From NCBI GenBank assembly GCA_964019335.1, contig OZ025654.1, forward strand, positions 124,001 through 188,000: a stretch of DNA of 64,000 nucleotides. The letters run 5' to 3'. The position numbers were made by a program, and so were the translations under genes. The DNA is from Diplonema japonicum. Lineage: Eukaryota; Protista; Euglenozoa: Diplonemea. Shown in pieces: positions 20,801-30,971 of this stretch; position 1 is the stretch's first letter, and each line of letters starts with the position of its first letter. The notes below the pieces were generated by a model. That model made no database searches, was not told where the DNA came from, and saw only the letters and a program-made list of their open reading frames with translations.

Positions 20801-21813
20801 CCTGGAGCAGGAGTGTCTGGCGCAGGAGTGTCTGGAGCAGGAGTGTCTGGAGCAGGAGTGTCTGGCGCAGGAGTGTCTGGAGCAGGAGTGTCTGGAGCAG
20901 GAGTGTCTGGAGCAGGAGTGTCTGGAGCAGGAGTGTCTGGCGCAGGAGTGTCTGGAGCAGGAGTGTCTGGAGCAGGAGTGTCTGGAGCAGGAGTGTCTGG
21001 AGCAGGAGTGTCTGGAGCAGGAGTGTCTGGCGCAGGAGTGTCTGGCGCAGGAGTGTCTGGAGCAGGAGTGTCTGGAGCAGGAGTGTCTGGCGCAGGAGTG
21101 TCTGGAGCAGGAGTGCCCGGAGCAGGAGTGTTTGGCGCAGGAGTATCTGGAGCAGGAGTGTCTGGAGCAGGAGTGTCCGGAGCAGGAGTGTTTGGAGCAG
21201 GGGTGTCTGGAGCAGGAGTAACTGGAGCAGGAGTGTCCGGAGCAGGAGTGTTTGGCGCAGGGGTGTCTGGAGCAGGAGTGTCTGGCGCAGGAGTGGCTGG
21301 AGCAGGAGTGTCTGGGGCCGGTGTGGCTGGGGTCCACTCCCACTCGATGGTGAAGACGAGCTCCGCCCACCTAGTAATGCCAGCATGGTTGTCCTGGTTG
21401 GTTATAACGATCGTGAAGTCATTGGCCGTGCTGCACGTCATCGGGGAAACCACGCAGGGCGTCCCAGTGGTGCAGGTCGAGGATTGCCCACAGAAGAGAT
21501 CATAATTCTCCTCACACTGGCAAACAAGTAACAAAGAGTCCGCACACTGCTCCGACCTAGAGTTACCACACCACGATAACCGGTAATCTGCATCAGAACC
21601 TGGTGAGTTAGCGCCCCAAACCAGCACATAGAGCTCACGGTCAACGTTGCCCACGGATATCTTTGTGATCTGGATTGTTCCCGGTCCGTGGTTGGTTTCA
21701 ATAGTTTTGGAGCAGGTGCTGCCCTTGTTGATATTAGTGCATTTGTCGGTGAACGTCCTTGCGATACCACCACATGTAGCTACAAGCGCAAGAAGGGTGC
21801 ACAGCCTCAACAT
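17839..21813 (-). CDS. Cell-surface protein: signal peptide, Cys-rich N-domain, T/P/A mucin-like stalk, multi-pass C-terminal membrane domain
   Basis: ATG at 21813 (MLRLCTLLALVATCGG); DTPAP repeats; about 7-9 hydrophobic segments; Ser/Pro-rich cytosolic tail. Confidence 0.88.
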   Translation of the reverse strand: MLRLCTLLALVATCGGIARTFTDKCTNINKGSTCSKTIETNHGPGTIQITKISVGNVDRELYVLVWGANSPGSDADYRLSWCGNSRSEQCADSLLLVCQCEENYDLFCGQSSTCTTGTPCVVSPMTCSTANDFTIVITNQDNHAGITRWAELVFTIEWEWTPATPAPDTPAPATPAPDTPAPDTPAPNTPAPDTPAPVTPAPDTPAPNTPAPDTPAPDTPAPDTPAPNTPAPGTPAPDTPAPDTPAPDTPAPDTPAPDTPAPDTPAPDTPAPDTPAPDTPAPDTPAPDTPAPDTPAPDTPAPDTPAPDTPAPDTPAPDTPAPDTPAPDTPAPDTPAPGTPAPDTPAPNTPAPKTPAPDTSAPDTPSPLSPFPDTLAPATAVPTATPTTAPATPAPDTLAPDTPAPDTTAPNTPVPVTPFPATPAPDTPTPLSPVPPTPAPATAVPTANPTTAPATPAPKTAAPDTPAPDTSAPDTPSPLSPFPDTLAPATAVPTATPTTAPATPAPDTLAPDTLAPDTTAPYTPVPVTPFPATPAPDTPTPLSPVPPTPAPATAVPTANPTTAPATPAPKTAAPDTPVPVPTTPAPDTPTPLSPVPPTLAPATATPTANPTTAPATPAPKTAAPDTPAPDTVAPGTPVSAVPPTPAPVTPAPDTPLPVTSAPDTPSPLSLIPTTTAPATAIPTVSPIALATSAPGTLTPATLSPATATPTSTPTALPVGSTWAPTTSAPATQAPKTTLQPTEAPQNVTATQQILDVQAECPTSIKAKHLLEGVVVQITATWSIAPSDMGVQVVENSDKLSKMTWGGQPVSEKVINVVGKGKWKGLGSADIKVEVKVMNITSECSVHVVSDEAVTPGGGGTIVAGGLAVIAGPASGAAMTTLSLVMSDSCSGKQDLPFMLHPTGMTVAGSMYLGAVLGNTLIAGAAALATYLVVWLVLKMAPSLLPMTSLLSAMGVTRFPSVSLFIFLLLYQGTTFASLKILFYPGTDGSREWGTAPTVVVGLICTMGCILVPCWVGYVVRRDVPKKALYEEEKGCAGLREFMIGKGEWISRRKEDLWYNRFTSMVKPYRERCCWFVGFTFLMQFTVSALNVPSVSTMKECGNVKLGLTIVFLSIALADGLTKPYEKPRDMLLYIFFNCATAMGLLFQSLGYYSEDPWSSRFGVAGVFFLMAMVVLMVHAVIDIGCEIYILVKGRRSKLQEEFWKEGEGSARPEPLTLYEAFDGTQSNIDSPLIMKGGSPRMMGSEPSFLKLSPSLSPRLSPRVSPRLTAAHSVNSLTSMDGVAAGRMPSSASLASTSTNLRSNRRVSKAPQSVKSNPLSNTIKI
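19830..21330 (-). repeat. Coding tandem repeats: 15-bp DTPAP array (~20760-21330) and a 333-bp higher-order repeat
   Basis: (GGAGTGTCTGGAGCA)n; near-identical blocks start at 20124 and 20457. Confidence 0.95.
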
Positions 21814-22030
21814 CTCGTCACCCCACCGCCCCTCCCTCCCCCTCTTCCTTCTTTTACTTTTAACCTTGTTCAGATAAGTTTTAATGTTTTTGTTCCCCTT
21901 TTTATTGCATTTCAAAAAAAAAAAAAAAAGAAGAACAAAAGGAAGAGAGAGGAAGAAGGAAAGTTTCTTTCAAAAGAAAAAAAAAAAGAAAGAGGGAAAA
22001 AATAAAGAAAGATTGTCGTCTTTCAAGAGT

Positions 22031-22800
22031 CTAATTGAGGGCAGTGCCTTCCCAATGCTCCATCGGTATGTAGTACCTGGTGTTCGCAGGATCCTTGCCG
22101 TCCGACAGCCACTGCAGCGGACTCGCCCGAAGCTTGGGGCGACTGCCGTAAGAGCAGAATGTCTGACGTAGTGGGAAGTGAGGCCCAGGTTGGCTCTCAA
22201 GAACCTGTTGTAGGTGTGCATGACGAGCCCTTCCATCACATGATCGTCGGGGGCCAGCTTTCGAGCACGCGTCCACTCTAACACCACCCGTATGAAACGG
22301 CTGCCCAACGAAACCAACAGAGCCTGCCCCGTCCGTCTTGCCCCCGAAGAACGTAACCATGACCTGTTCGTGCTTCACCACCAAGTCTCGACATAGGACC
22401 AACCTCAAATCCACAAACCTGGCGGCTGTGGCCCACTGGAGAGCCAACGCTACATGATTCACCGTGTGTGGGTGCGTCCGTAGCACCTGCCATACCCTCT
22501 CCGCATCCGGCAGGTTCTGGTGCAGGGTCTCTCTCTCGCGTCCATGTTCGACATTCGTAGTTAAGGTCCGCGTGAAGGCCTTGGCTAGGTCTATCCCCGC
22601 CATACGTCGCGCTGCGATGTATTGGAGAGCGGAACGGGCGGTCAGCGCATCGTTGAGCTTCCGCTGGAGCCACATGTAAAACGCCAGCTCGGCGTCGATC
22701 GTGGGGTCGAGCTCGTTCAGGCACCTTTGGAACAGTTGCACTCTCTTGGTAACCGACAGGATGGGGGCTACATCTTTGTAACATTCGGTGAGTCGGCCGA
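22031..22800 (-). pseudogene. Tyrosine recombinase, frameshifted
   Basis: QWATAARFVDL (R), GGKTD (K), SHYVRHSALT (HxxR, other frame), KDPANTRYY (Y). Confidence 0.85.
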
Positions 22801-22989
22801 GGGTGAGGGCCTTGAGGGGTGCTATCTCGGGAACCGTAATGCTGTAGTCGTTCTTGCGCGGCTGATAGGCGTCGAGCTTGTCCTGGAATATGGGGAAGTG
22901 TGACTCCTCGCGTCACGGGCTTGGAAGGGAGGGAGTTGGGAGGGAGGGTGGGAGTCAACCCCGACCTTCATAAGGTCTTGCGCTTCTTT

Positions 22990-23916
22990 GAATAGTGCTG
23001 ACGCGGCGGTGTAGGCGCTGCAGGCCTCTTGCGCTCGAGGGCCTTTTTTGCCACCGAGTCGACGTGATCCGACTTTCTGGCGGCCGCCCTCGCCCTCGAG
23101 TACTCCTCGGGACCGAACTTGTCACAGGCTACTTTCTCGGCGCGAGCGGGAAGGCCGCGCCCCTGGCCTTACGAACGAGGAATTCGTCGTTCGGCGGAGT
23201 TGCGAATCCAGAGGGATTCCAAGCGAACTATTGCCACGTGCAAAAAGGGCAAGTGGTCTACAGACCATACTCCGTCCACGAGCAAGGCCAACATGCCTCT
23301 GATCCAGACTCTGGACTCATGCTCCTCGGCGGTTCCGTCTGAAACCGGGTCCTCAGGCAACCTGATGCCGTAACGGGATTCGACCCTCTGCATGATGAGG
23401 GCGGCTATGGTGGGGGAGGAAACTAGTGGGGCCCAAGCCGAGACCCTCCGTACGTCAAACTCCAACGGGAGTACCGGTAAGGCATTCGACGCCTCGACGC
23501 GGTTACGGAGACGCTCGTTCTCCGCCTTCAACTCAGCGATCTGAGCGACGACCAAGTGGAGACTCTCCACATTGGTTTGGACCTCACTGAGGTCTGGTGA
23601 TGGAGGGGACTCCACCTCCGGGTCCGTCTGGACCAAAGCTTCACCAAGCTTTTTAACCGCCCAAATGCATGGGGGGCACACCCACTGGGTGGAATCTTCC
23701 ACTGGAAGAAACGCCTGACTTAGGGGTGGCGGGCAGCTAGAGGACAAACATCCTCTGCCCTTTAGCGCCACACCTCGCACAGTGCACCGCAGTGTCACCG
23801 TGCGAGGTGTCGCACTTCTCGAAGATGCAATCCGCGAGGTGAGGGGCGCGAGTGCTTCCCGATGGGTACTCGAGGTCCGCGTATTAGACCAGATCATCCC
23901 AGTCTAGTGCCGTCAT
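22990..23916 (-). pseudogene. gag-like ORF of the YR element (stop and frameshifts)
   Basis: ATG at 23916 reads MTALDWDDLV*YADLEYP; the copy near 38150 reads MTGLD*..DLVLYADLEYP with synonymous changes; coiled coil IAELKAENERLR. Confidence 0.6.
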
Positions 23917-24435
23917 TGTTTGTACGTGCCGGGTAAAACCTGGAGAAGTTTGTCAACCCGAAACACGTTGCCAACGTTCCCCTTTTGTTTAGACAAGTCA
24001 AAGACTCGTTCTTGCAAAAAAAAAAAAAAGAGTCGGTTGATTGTTGTTTTAGTTGTGCACAGCCGGGTGTTTAACCTGTAGAAGGATAAGCCCAACAATG
24101 CCACCACTACTCTTTTTTTAGCAATGACAGTTTATTATCAATAATATTGTTTTTTTTTCTTTTCTTTTCTTCTTGTTCTAGCAATAAAAAAAAAAAAAAA
24201 GGAAGAAGAAAGTAGTAATAAATAAAGGAGTAACTTTTAAAGCTTGCGCTGCCGCGTTTACCGTTGAAAACAATCATAGGATGTGCAAAGTTTATCATCT
24301 AAACATGGTCTATTGCACCAGGGTTGCGCAGCCAAGCAGACCCAGATGCTCATAGGGTGCCTAGCTACCTGGAGTGAAAAATGAAACCGACAATTTTCGC
24401 CATTCGTACGCGTCAACGCATAGAAACCTTAAAAC

Positions 24436-24471
<36 letters not shown>

Positions 24472-24887
24472 AACAACAACCAAGCATTTGCACCTCTCCT
24501 GTCTTTCTCCAGACATTGTCTGTACTGAGATCAGGATGAGACGAAACTGGTTGTTTTTGTGTGAAATATTGCCCCCCCCCTTTTTTTTCTGTTTTGGGCT
24601 CTGACGGTGGGGGGTGGGGAAAAGTATAGTAACTAACACGAGCACGGACCAATAGGAGGAGAGGAGGGACTAACCTTATTACCAAGTCACCAGGAGAAAC
24701 AAAACAAAACAAAACAAAGAACGGAAAAAAGAGAGAAAAAAAAAGCAAAGAATACGCGAAACCCGAGCAAACCTTGTTTCTGCTTTCGGGCCTTTCAGCC
24801 CTCTCAGAAAGAAAACCCCACGCACTGTGATCTTTCTTAGATCTTTTCAAAAAAAAACAAAACAAAACAAAAAACACACACACAGTC

Positions 24888-24929
<42 letters not shown>

Positions 24930-26057
24930 TCACTCAACAAGAAAAAAAAATGACTAGACGAACAGATCAGAAACCTATTTATTTAAAACAAAAAAACAAA
25001 AAAACGAATAAGAGAAGGGAACGTTTCCAGCTTTCGTTTCCCCGTTTCTTGCTGACATAGCCCTAGGGGGAGCCCCCCCCCCCCCCCCCCCCCCCACACA
25101 CACACACCACAAAAGAGACTGAAAAGCGCATCCACATGACATGATCAATGTCTCACAAAAACGGTTTAAAAAAAAAAAAAACCACTCAGAGAAAAAAAGG
25201 GGGGGAGGAGAGGGGGGCAACATCTTCTGACCAATAGCAATTTCTTTTGTTTTTCTCCTTTTACATTTATAACCCCTCCCCTGTCGTGTCCCAACGAATA
25301 GTGTTTTAAAGAAGAAAGGTGGTTTACCTGTTAAATACAAAGGGGGGAGGGGGAAGGGGAGGATAAAGAGTCTGGCTTTGCAAACTCCTCCTTTACTCCA
25401 TTCTTTTTTTTTTTCCCCTCGTTCTTTCGTTGAGTTCCGTTCGTACAACGTAAGAGTGGAAAGAAGTATTGCTACATCTACACAAACCAAGGAAGAAGGG
25501 CCGGAGGGTCAATGGGGGAGGAATATTTCCATTTTTTTTCTTCTTTTTTCTTTTTTTTTTTTTTCATTCACATATTGAATGTAGGGTCCCCAGGGGCAAA
25601 AGGCGTGGCCTGAAAGTTGTATTTTCTTTCTGCACGCTTTGATTTTTTCAGGGGTTGCCCCCAAATGTGAGACAAAAAGTATTCTCGTCAGGCGGAACAC
25701 AAATAGGAAAAACGAAAATGGGTCGATTATTTCACTCGCCTTAACGAGTTATTTTGCCTGCAGACAGCGCACGAGACGGGCAGTGACGCCTAACGCTTTA
25801 CAATATGCCTAGGGAAGGAGGAGAGGAGGAAGAAGAGGTATCCTTTACAAAAAGATATATAAAAAAAAATTCAGAAATAAAAAAGACAAAAAAAAGGGGG
25901 GGGGCCTCTTTCTTTTCCTTCTTTCTTTTTTCTTCTTCTTTTTTCTTTCTTTCTTTTTTTTTTTCTTTTTTGAAAACTTGGGGCGCTGTCAAGAAAAGAA
26001 CGAAGAAATTTAAGAAGAAAAAAAAGGGGAAACCAAAATACTGTAAAAGGTGGAAAA

Positions 26058-26165
26058 GAGGGAACTGGTTGTTGTTGTACGTGCCCCGGGTAGAAAACCT
26101 GGAGAAGTTTATAAACCCCGAAACACATTACTGTCTCTCGCCTCTTGTAGACAAGGAGTCTCGTC
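26058..26165 (-). repeat. Solo terminal repeat of the YR element (SIRE-like)
   Basis: GAGGGAACTGGTTGTTGTTGTACGTGCC...AAAACCTGGAGAAGTTT...CCGAAACAC...TAGACAAG. Confidence 0.8.
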
Positions 26166-26574
26166 AAAGCTTTGTGAAACTTCTTTCAAAAAGAAATCTC
26201 AACAAATCTTCGAAAATGGCAGGACAGAAAATGGTCTAACACTTTCTATCATTTTACAGTAAAGATTTTTTTAAAGAAAGAGAAGAGAATATAGAGGGGA
26301 AAAAAGCAAGAATTCACCTTAAGCGCGTTGAATCCTGAAAAAAAAAGAGCTTTTTCTTTTTTTTCTTTTTTTTTTTGTTCCCCCTTTCTTCCTTTTTTTT
26401 CCCCTCCCTTTTAATTGTTTTCTTTTTTCTTTTTTCTTTTTTGAAAAGCACGTGTTCCACCCCCTGTCTTGTAAGGGGAGGGAGTAGTTTTTTCAAAAAG
26501 AGGTAAATAGAAATAAAACAGCAAAAAAAGGGGAGGAAAGGAAAAAGAAAGGGGGTTTAAGAAAAAAAAAGAGT

Positions 26575-26612
<38 letters not shown>

Positions 26613-26695
26613 TTGCCACATAAAAAAAAAAAAATAGTGCCCCATAAGGAACAACAAAAACCAGGAGGAAAAAAAAAAAATATGTTCCTATTCTG

Positions 26696-26733
<38 letters not shown>

Positions 26734-26897
26734 GAAAAAAATATCGCTAATAAAAAAAAAACAAAAACATCCTAAATACAATTAGTCGTTGTTGATTGCA
26801 CAAACTTTTTGGGTGCAATATAAAAAAAAAAGAGAGGGGGTCGGGGAGGGGGGAATAGTTAAAAAAGATTATATGGGGTCTGGCGAAATAACTGACT

Positions 26898-29800
26898 CTA
26901 CACAATATAGGTACCAGCGACAAAAGGATCATTAGCAGGTTCAGTATTCTGGTGCAGCTCAGGATTACCGTCCTCCGACCCTGAGTCCGACAACTCAGCA
27001 CCAGACCGCTTCCCTTCCGAATGGGTAGCCGTCCTGGTGCAGACGATATACACAACAGCCACGACAATAGCCAAAGATGACAAGACAAGGGCAACAATGA
27101 CCCAAGGGGTCACACCAACACCGTCGTCACTACTGGGCGGGGGCAGCGTAGTCGGCAAACACCAGTTTGTGAGCCCGATCTTCACAAGAGAATACCCGGC
27201 ACCACACGTTATTGCATGGCACACCCCATTCAGCACAGCTGACGTAAGCGCACCGGGGGTCCTACATGCAAGCAGCCCGGTTCCTGTAGCTGCTCCTGTT
27301 ACCTGCATGGTACCTAGTGATCCGTTCAGTCTGGTGTCTGCGATTGTGTTTGACCCTACTTGTGCCATGGCAGTGTTAAGCTGCACTAACTTACTGTTCA
27401 ACACGGTGGCCAGCACACTGTAGTGCACACTCCCGCACTGGTACACCACCTCCAGCCTGGGTACGTTGAGAGCTGTTTTCAGCAGGTCCTCAAAGGTGGC
27501 CACCTGTGCAGCATTCCCGATGAATGTGATGCAGTCCCCGTCCCTGAACAGTGCGTCCACGCGTACCGTCGTGTTGCTCTCGAAGTAGGTCACGCTTGTC
27601 CCGTCCGCCACACATGTGTACGCCACGAGGCCGTTCAAAGAAGGGTTCCCGTACCCTGCCCCGCAGGTGCACCTCCCAGATCCGCATGTGGCAGACTGGT
27701 CCCCCAGAAGTGTGCAGTCCGCGTTCACAGTGCACCACAAACTGTCCAGTGCGCTCATCGGCGGGGATGGGGTCGTGGTGTTCGTGTCCTCGGGCGTTGC
27801 AGCTGGTGTGGTTGCGTTGTCGTCTGCCGGCACTGACTGGGGTGTCGTGGCGTTTGAGTCCTCAGGTGTTTCAGGGGTGGCAAGGGGTGCAAGGGGTGCT
27901 GAGTTAGGCGCCGCAAGTGGTGTGCTCACGTTGCCATCTTCTGGCGTGCCGACTGGGGCCGTTGCATTGGTGTCAGCAGGTGTTTCGAGAGGTGTGCTGG
28001 CATTGCCATCTTCTGGAGTGGAGCCCGGGGTTGTGACGTTCGCATCTTCCGGCGTTTCGATAGGCGCGCTGATGTTCAAGTCCTCAGGAACCGCGAGAGG
28101 GGTGCTTGCATTGACATCCACAGGTGCATCATCCACAGGTGTTCCAAGAGGTGTGCTGGAATTGTCAACTGGAGCACTGCTATTTACATCCTCGGGAACT
28201 GCAAGAGGTGCTGAGGAATTGTCAATTGGGGTACTGGTGTTCAATTCTTCAGGAACTGCAAAAGGGGTTGTAGCATTATCACTTGGAGTGCTTGCATTGA
28301 CATCCACAGGTGCATCATCCACAGGTGCCCCAAGAGGTGTGCTGGAATTGTCCACAGGAGCACTGCTGTTTACATCCTCAGGAACTGCAAGAGGGGTTGT
28401 GGCATTATCACTTGGAGTGCTTGCATTGACATCCACAGGTGCATCATCCACAGGTGGTCCAAGAGGTGTGCTGGAATTGTCAACTGGAGCACTGCTGTTT
28501 ACATCCTCAGGAACTGCAAGAGGTGCTGAGGAATTGTCAGTCGGAGTACTCGTATTCACATCCTCAGGAACTGCAAGAGGGGTTGTGGCATTGTCATTAG
28601 GAGTGCTTGCATTGGCCTCAACAGGTGCATCATCCACAGGTGTTCCAAGAGGTGTGCTGATGTTTAAATCCTCAGGTACTGCAAGAGGGGTCGTAGCATT
28701 GTCAGTCGGGGTACTGGTATTTAAATCCTCAGGAACTGCAAGGGGAGAGGTCACGTTATCATCAGGGGTGGTAACATTAGAGCCCGGAGTGGTCACGTTG
28801 TCAAGAGGTGCATCATCCACAGGAACTGCAGAGGGGGTGCTAGAGTTGTCATCCGGAGTACTGATGTTCACATCCTCAGGAACTGCAAGAGGGGCTGTGG
28901 CATTGTCATTAGGAGTGCTTGCATTGACATCCACAGGTGCATCATCCACAGGTGTTCCAAGAGGTGTGCTGGAATTGTCAACTGGAGCACTGCTGTTTAC
29001 ATCCTCAGGAACTGCAAGAGGTGCTGAGGAATTGTCAGTCGGAGTACTCGTATTCACATCTTCAGGAACTGCAAGAGGGGTTGTGGTATTGTCATTTGGA
29101 GTGCTTGCAGGTGCATCATCCACAGGTGTTCCAAGAGGTGTGCTGGAATTGTCAACTGGAACACTGCTGTTTACATCCTCAGGAACTGCAAGAGGTGCTG
29201 AGGAATTGTCAGTCGGGGTACTCGTATTCACATCTTCAGGAACTGCAAGAGGGGTTGTGGTATTGTCATTAGGAGTGCTTGCATTGACATCCACAGGTGC
29301 ATCATCCACAGGTGTTCCAAGAGGTGTGCTGGAATTGTCAACTGGAGCACTGCTGTTTACATCCTCGGGTACTGCAAGAGGTGCTGAGGAATTGTCAATT
29401 GGGGTACTGGTGTTCAAATCCTCAGGAACTGCAAAAGGGGTTGTAGCATTATCACTTGGAGTGCTTGCATTGACATCCACAGGTGCATCATCCACAGGTG
29501 CCCCAAGAGGTGCTGAAGAATTGTCAGTCGGGGTGCTGGTATTCACATCCTCAGGAACTGCAAGAGGGGTTGTGGCATTGTCATTAGGAGTGCTTGCATT
29601 GACATCCACAGGTGCATCATCCACAGGTGTTCCAAGAGGTGTGCTGGAATTGTCAACTGGAGCACTGCTGTTTACATCCTCAGGAACTGCAAGAGGTGCT
29701 GAGGAATTGTCAGTCGGAGTACTCGTATTCACATCCTCAGGAACTGCAAGAGGGGTTGTGGCATTGTCACTTGGAGTGCTTGCATTGACATCCACAGGTG

Positions 29801-30971
29801 CATCATCCACAGGTGCCCCAAGAGGTGTGCTGGAATTGTCAACTGGAACACTGCTGTTTACATCCTCAGGAACTGCAAAAGGGGTTGTGGCATTATCACT
29901 TGGAGTGCTTGCATTGACATCCACAGGTGCATCATCCACAGGTGTTCCAAGAGGTGTGCTGGAATTGTCAACAGGAGCACTGCTGTTTACATCTTCAGGA
30001 ACCGCAAGAGGGGTTGTGGCATTATCATTAGGAGTGCTTGCATTGACATCCACAGGTGCATCATCCACAGGTGTCGATATATTCAGATCCACCGGTGCAA
30101 CTTCGGGTGTAGAGGAGTTACTATCTTCTGGAGAAGTGAGGTTCACGTCAGCAGGAGGATCCTCAGGTGCAGTTGCATTGCTGTCCACAGGTGTGGTCAC
30201 ATTCGAGTCAAGAGGCGTAGTGGCGTTGGTCTCCTCAGGTGTGTCTATGGGTGTTGTTGTATTGCCATCCTCGGGGACTGCCTCTGGGGTAGTTGCGTTG
30301 GCGTCTAGGAGGGGGGTCCCGCAGGACCACCGGAGGGTGAAGCCAGAGCCATTGACGGCGTAGTCGCTGGTGAAGACGACAGTGAGGGGACCCTGGAGGG
30401 GACCGAAGGGGGAGCCCTGGACGACCCTGTGTGTCCCGTGCGCGTGGTTGATGTCGATGAAGTCACAGCACGCCTCGACGTCGTTGGCGGTCAGCTGGAA
30501 GTACACCACCTCCGTGCAGTTCACCTCCCAAGACACCTGCGTGCTGTCCGGATACTCCCCTCCCGACTCGGGGTACACGATCTCCCCGCCCGTCGCCTCC
30601 CCTTGGTCCTCCACCGACACGGGAGGCTCCCCGTCCGCCCCGTCCGTGCACAACCAATGCACATCGAACCCTGCCCCCCGCGCCCCTCCCCCGGTCGTGT
30701 TCGTCGCGTACACCAGCTTCACAGGGCCCGTCACGTTCGCCACCTCCCCCGTCGCCACCCCGTCCGCGTGCTGCACCTCCAGCGTGTCGCAGCACCCCGC
30801 AAGGTCGTACAGCGTCCACTTCAACCGCACCGTCCCCGTGCAGTCGACGTCCCACTCCGACTGCGCCTCAGCCGACAGCGTCTCGTTCCCTGGGAAGGTA
30901 ATCTGACCCTCCGTTCCAAGGGGCACAGCCCCCAAGGTGCACAGCAGCCCTGCAGCCACGAAGGTCAGCAT
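26898..30971 (-). CDS. Type I surface glycoprotein paralog 1: 2 CUB-like domains, long acidic mucin stalk, EGF-like, SEA-like, TM
   Basis: Signal peptide; DVEACCDFIDI and VVFTSDYAVNGSGFTLRWSC (CUB hallmarks); many N-x-S/T sequons; C-GSGRCTCGAGY; one C-terminal TM. Confidence 0.9.
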   Translation of the reverse strand: MLTFVAAGLLCTLGAVPLGTEGQITFPGNETLSAEAQSEWDVDCTGTVRLKWTLYDLAGCCDTLEVQHADGVATGEVANVTGPVKLVYATNTTGGGARGAGFDVHWLCTDGADGEPPVSVEDQGEATGGEIVYPESGGEYPDSTQVSWEVNCTEVVYFQLTANDVEACCDFIDINHAHGTHRVVQGSPFGPLQGPLTVVFTSDYAVNGSGFTLRWSCGTPLLDANATTPEAVPEDGNTTTPIDTPEETNATTPLDSNVTTPVDSNATAPEDPPADVNLTSPEDSNSSTPEVAPVDLNISTPVDDAPVDVNASTPNDNATTPLAVPEDVNSSAPVDNSSTPLGTPVDDAPVDVNASTPSDNATTPFAVPEDVNSSVPVDNSSTPLGAPVDDAPVDVNASTPSDNATTPLAVPEDVNTSTPTDNSSAPLAVPEDVNSSAPVDNSSTPLGTPVDDAPVDVNASTPNDNATTPLAVPEDVNTSTPTDNSSAPLGAPVDDAPVDVNASTPSDNATTPFAVPEDLNTSTPIDNSSAPLAVPEDVNSSAPVDNSSTPLGTPVDDAPVDVNASTPNDNTTTPLAVPEDVNTSTPTDNSSAPLAVPEDVNSSVPVDNSSTPLGTPVDDAPASTPNDNTTTPLAVPEDVNTSTPTDNSSAPLAVPEDVNSSAPVDNSSTPLGTPVDDAPVDVNASTPNDNATAPLAVPEDVNISTPDDNSSTPSAVPVDDAPLDNVTTPGSNVTTPDDNVTSPLAVPEDLNTSTPTDNATTPLAVPEDLNISTPLGTPVDDAPVEANASTPNDNATTPLAVPEDVNTSTPTDNSSAPLAVPEDVNSSAPVDNSSTPLGPPVDDAPVDVNASTPSDNATTPLAVPEDVNSSAPVDNSSTPLGAPVDDAPVDVNASTPSDNATTPFAVPEELNTSTPIDNSSAPLAVPEDVNSSAPVDNSSTPLGTPVDDAPVDVNASTPLAVPEDLNISAPIETPEDANVTTPGSTPEDGNASTPLETPADTNATAPVGTPEDGNVSTPLAAPNSAPLAPLATPETPEDSNATTPQSVPADDNATTPAATPEDTNTTTPSPPMSALDSLWCTVNADCTLLGDQSATCGSGRCTCGAGYGNPSLNGLVAYTCVADGTSVTYFESNTTVRVDALFRDGDCITFIGNAAQVATFEDLLKTALNVPRLEVVYQCGSVHYSVLATVLNSKLVQLNTAMAQVGSNTIADTRLNGSLGTMQVTGAATGTGLLACRTPGALTSAVLNGVCHAITCGAGYSLVKIGLTNWCLPTTLPPPSSDDGVGVTPWVIVALVLSSLAIVVAVVYIVCTRTATHSEGKRSGAELSDSGSEDGNPELHQNTEPANDPFVAGTYIV

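Larger units (their letters stand above)
22015..24015 (-). mobile_element. Tyrosine-recombinase retroelement relic, VIPER/TATE-like (terminal repeat, gag-like ORF, YR; RT/RNase H part missing)
   Basis: gag-YR order as in trypanosomatid VIPER/TATE; its 5' ~100 nt are repeated elsewhere in the window; flanked by A-tracts. Confidence 0.8.

Noticed and set aside
20760-21330. Regular repeat arrays as CRISPR
   Set aside because: No unique spacers; in-frame coding repeats; no cas genes; eukaryotic context.
23920-23972. Hammerhead-like look of the YR terminal repeat on + strand (CTGGAGA...CGAAACACG)
   Set aside because: Core reads CUGGAGA not CUGANGA, the triplet is GCC in the type III reading, stems I and II are inconsistent between copies, and it is antisense to the element.
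27616-30363. Long plus-strand ORFs (also 35119-36705, 20276-21505, 39850-41283)
   Set aside because: Antisense shadows of repetitive or GC-rich minus-strand CDSs.
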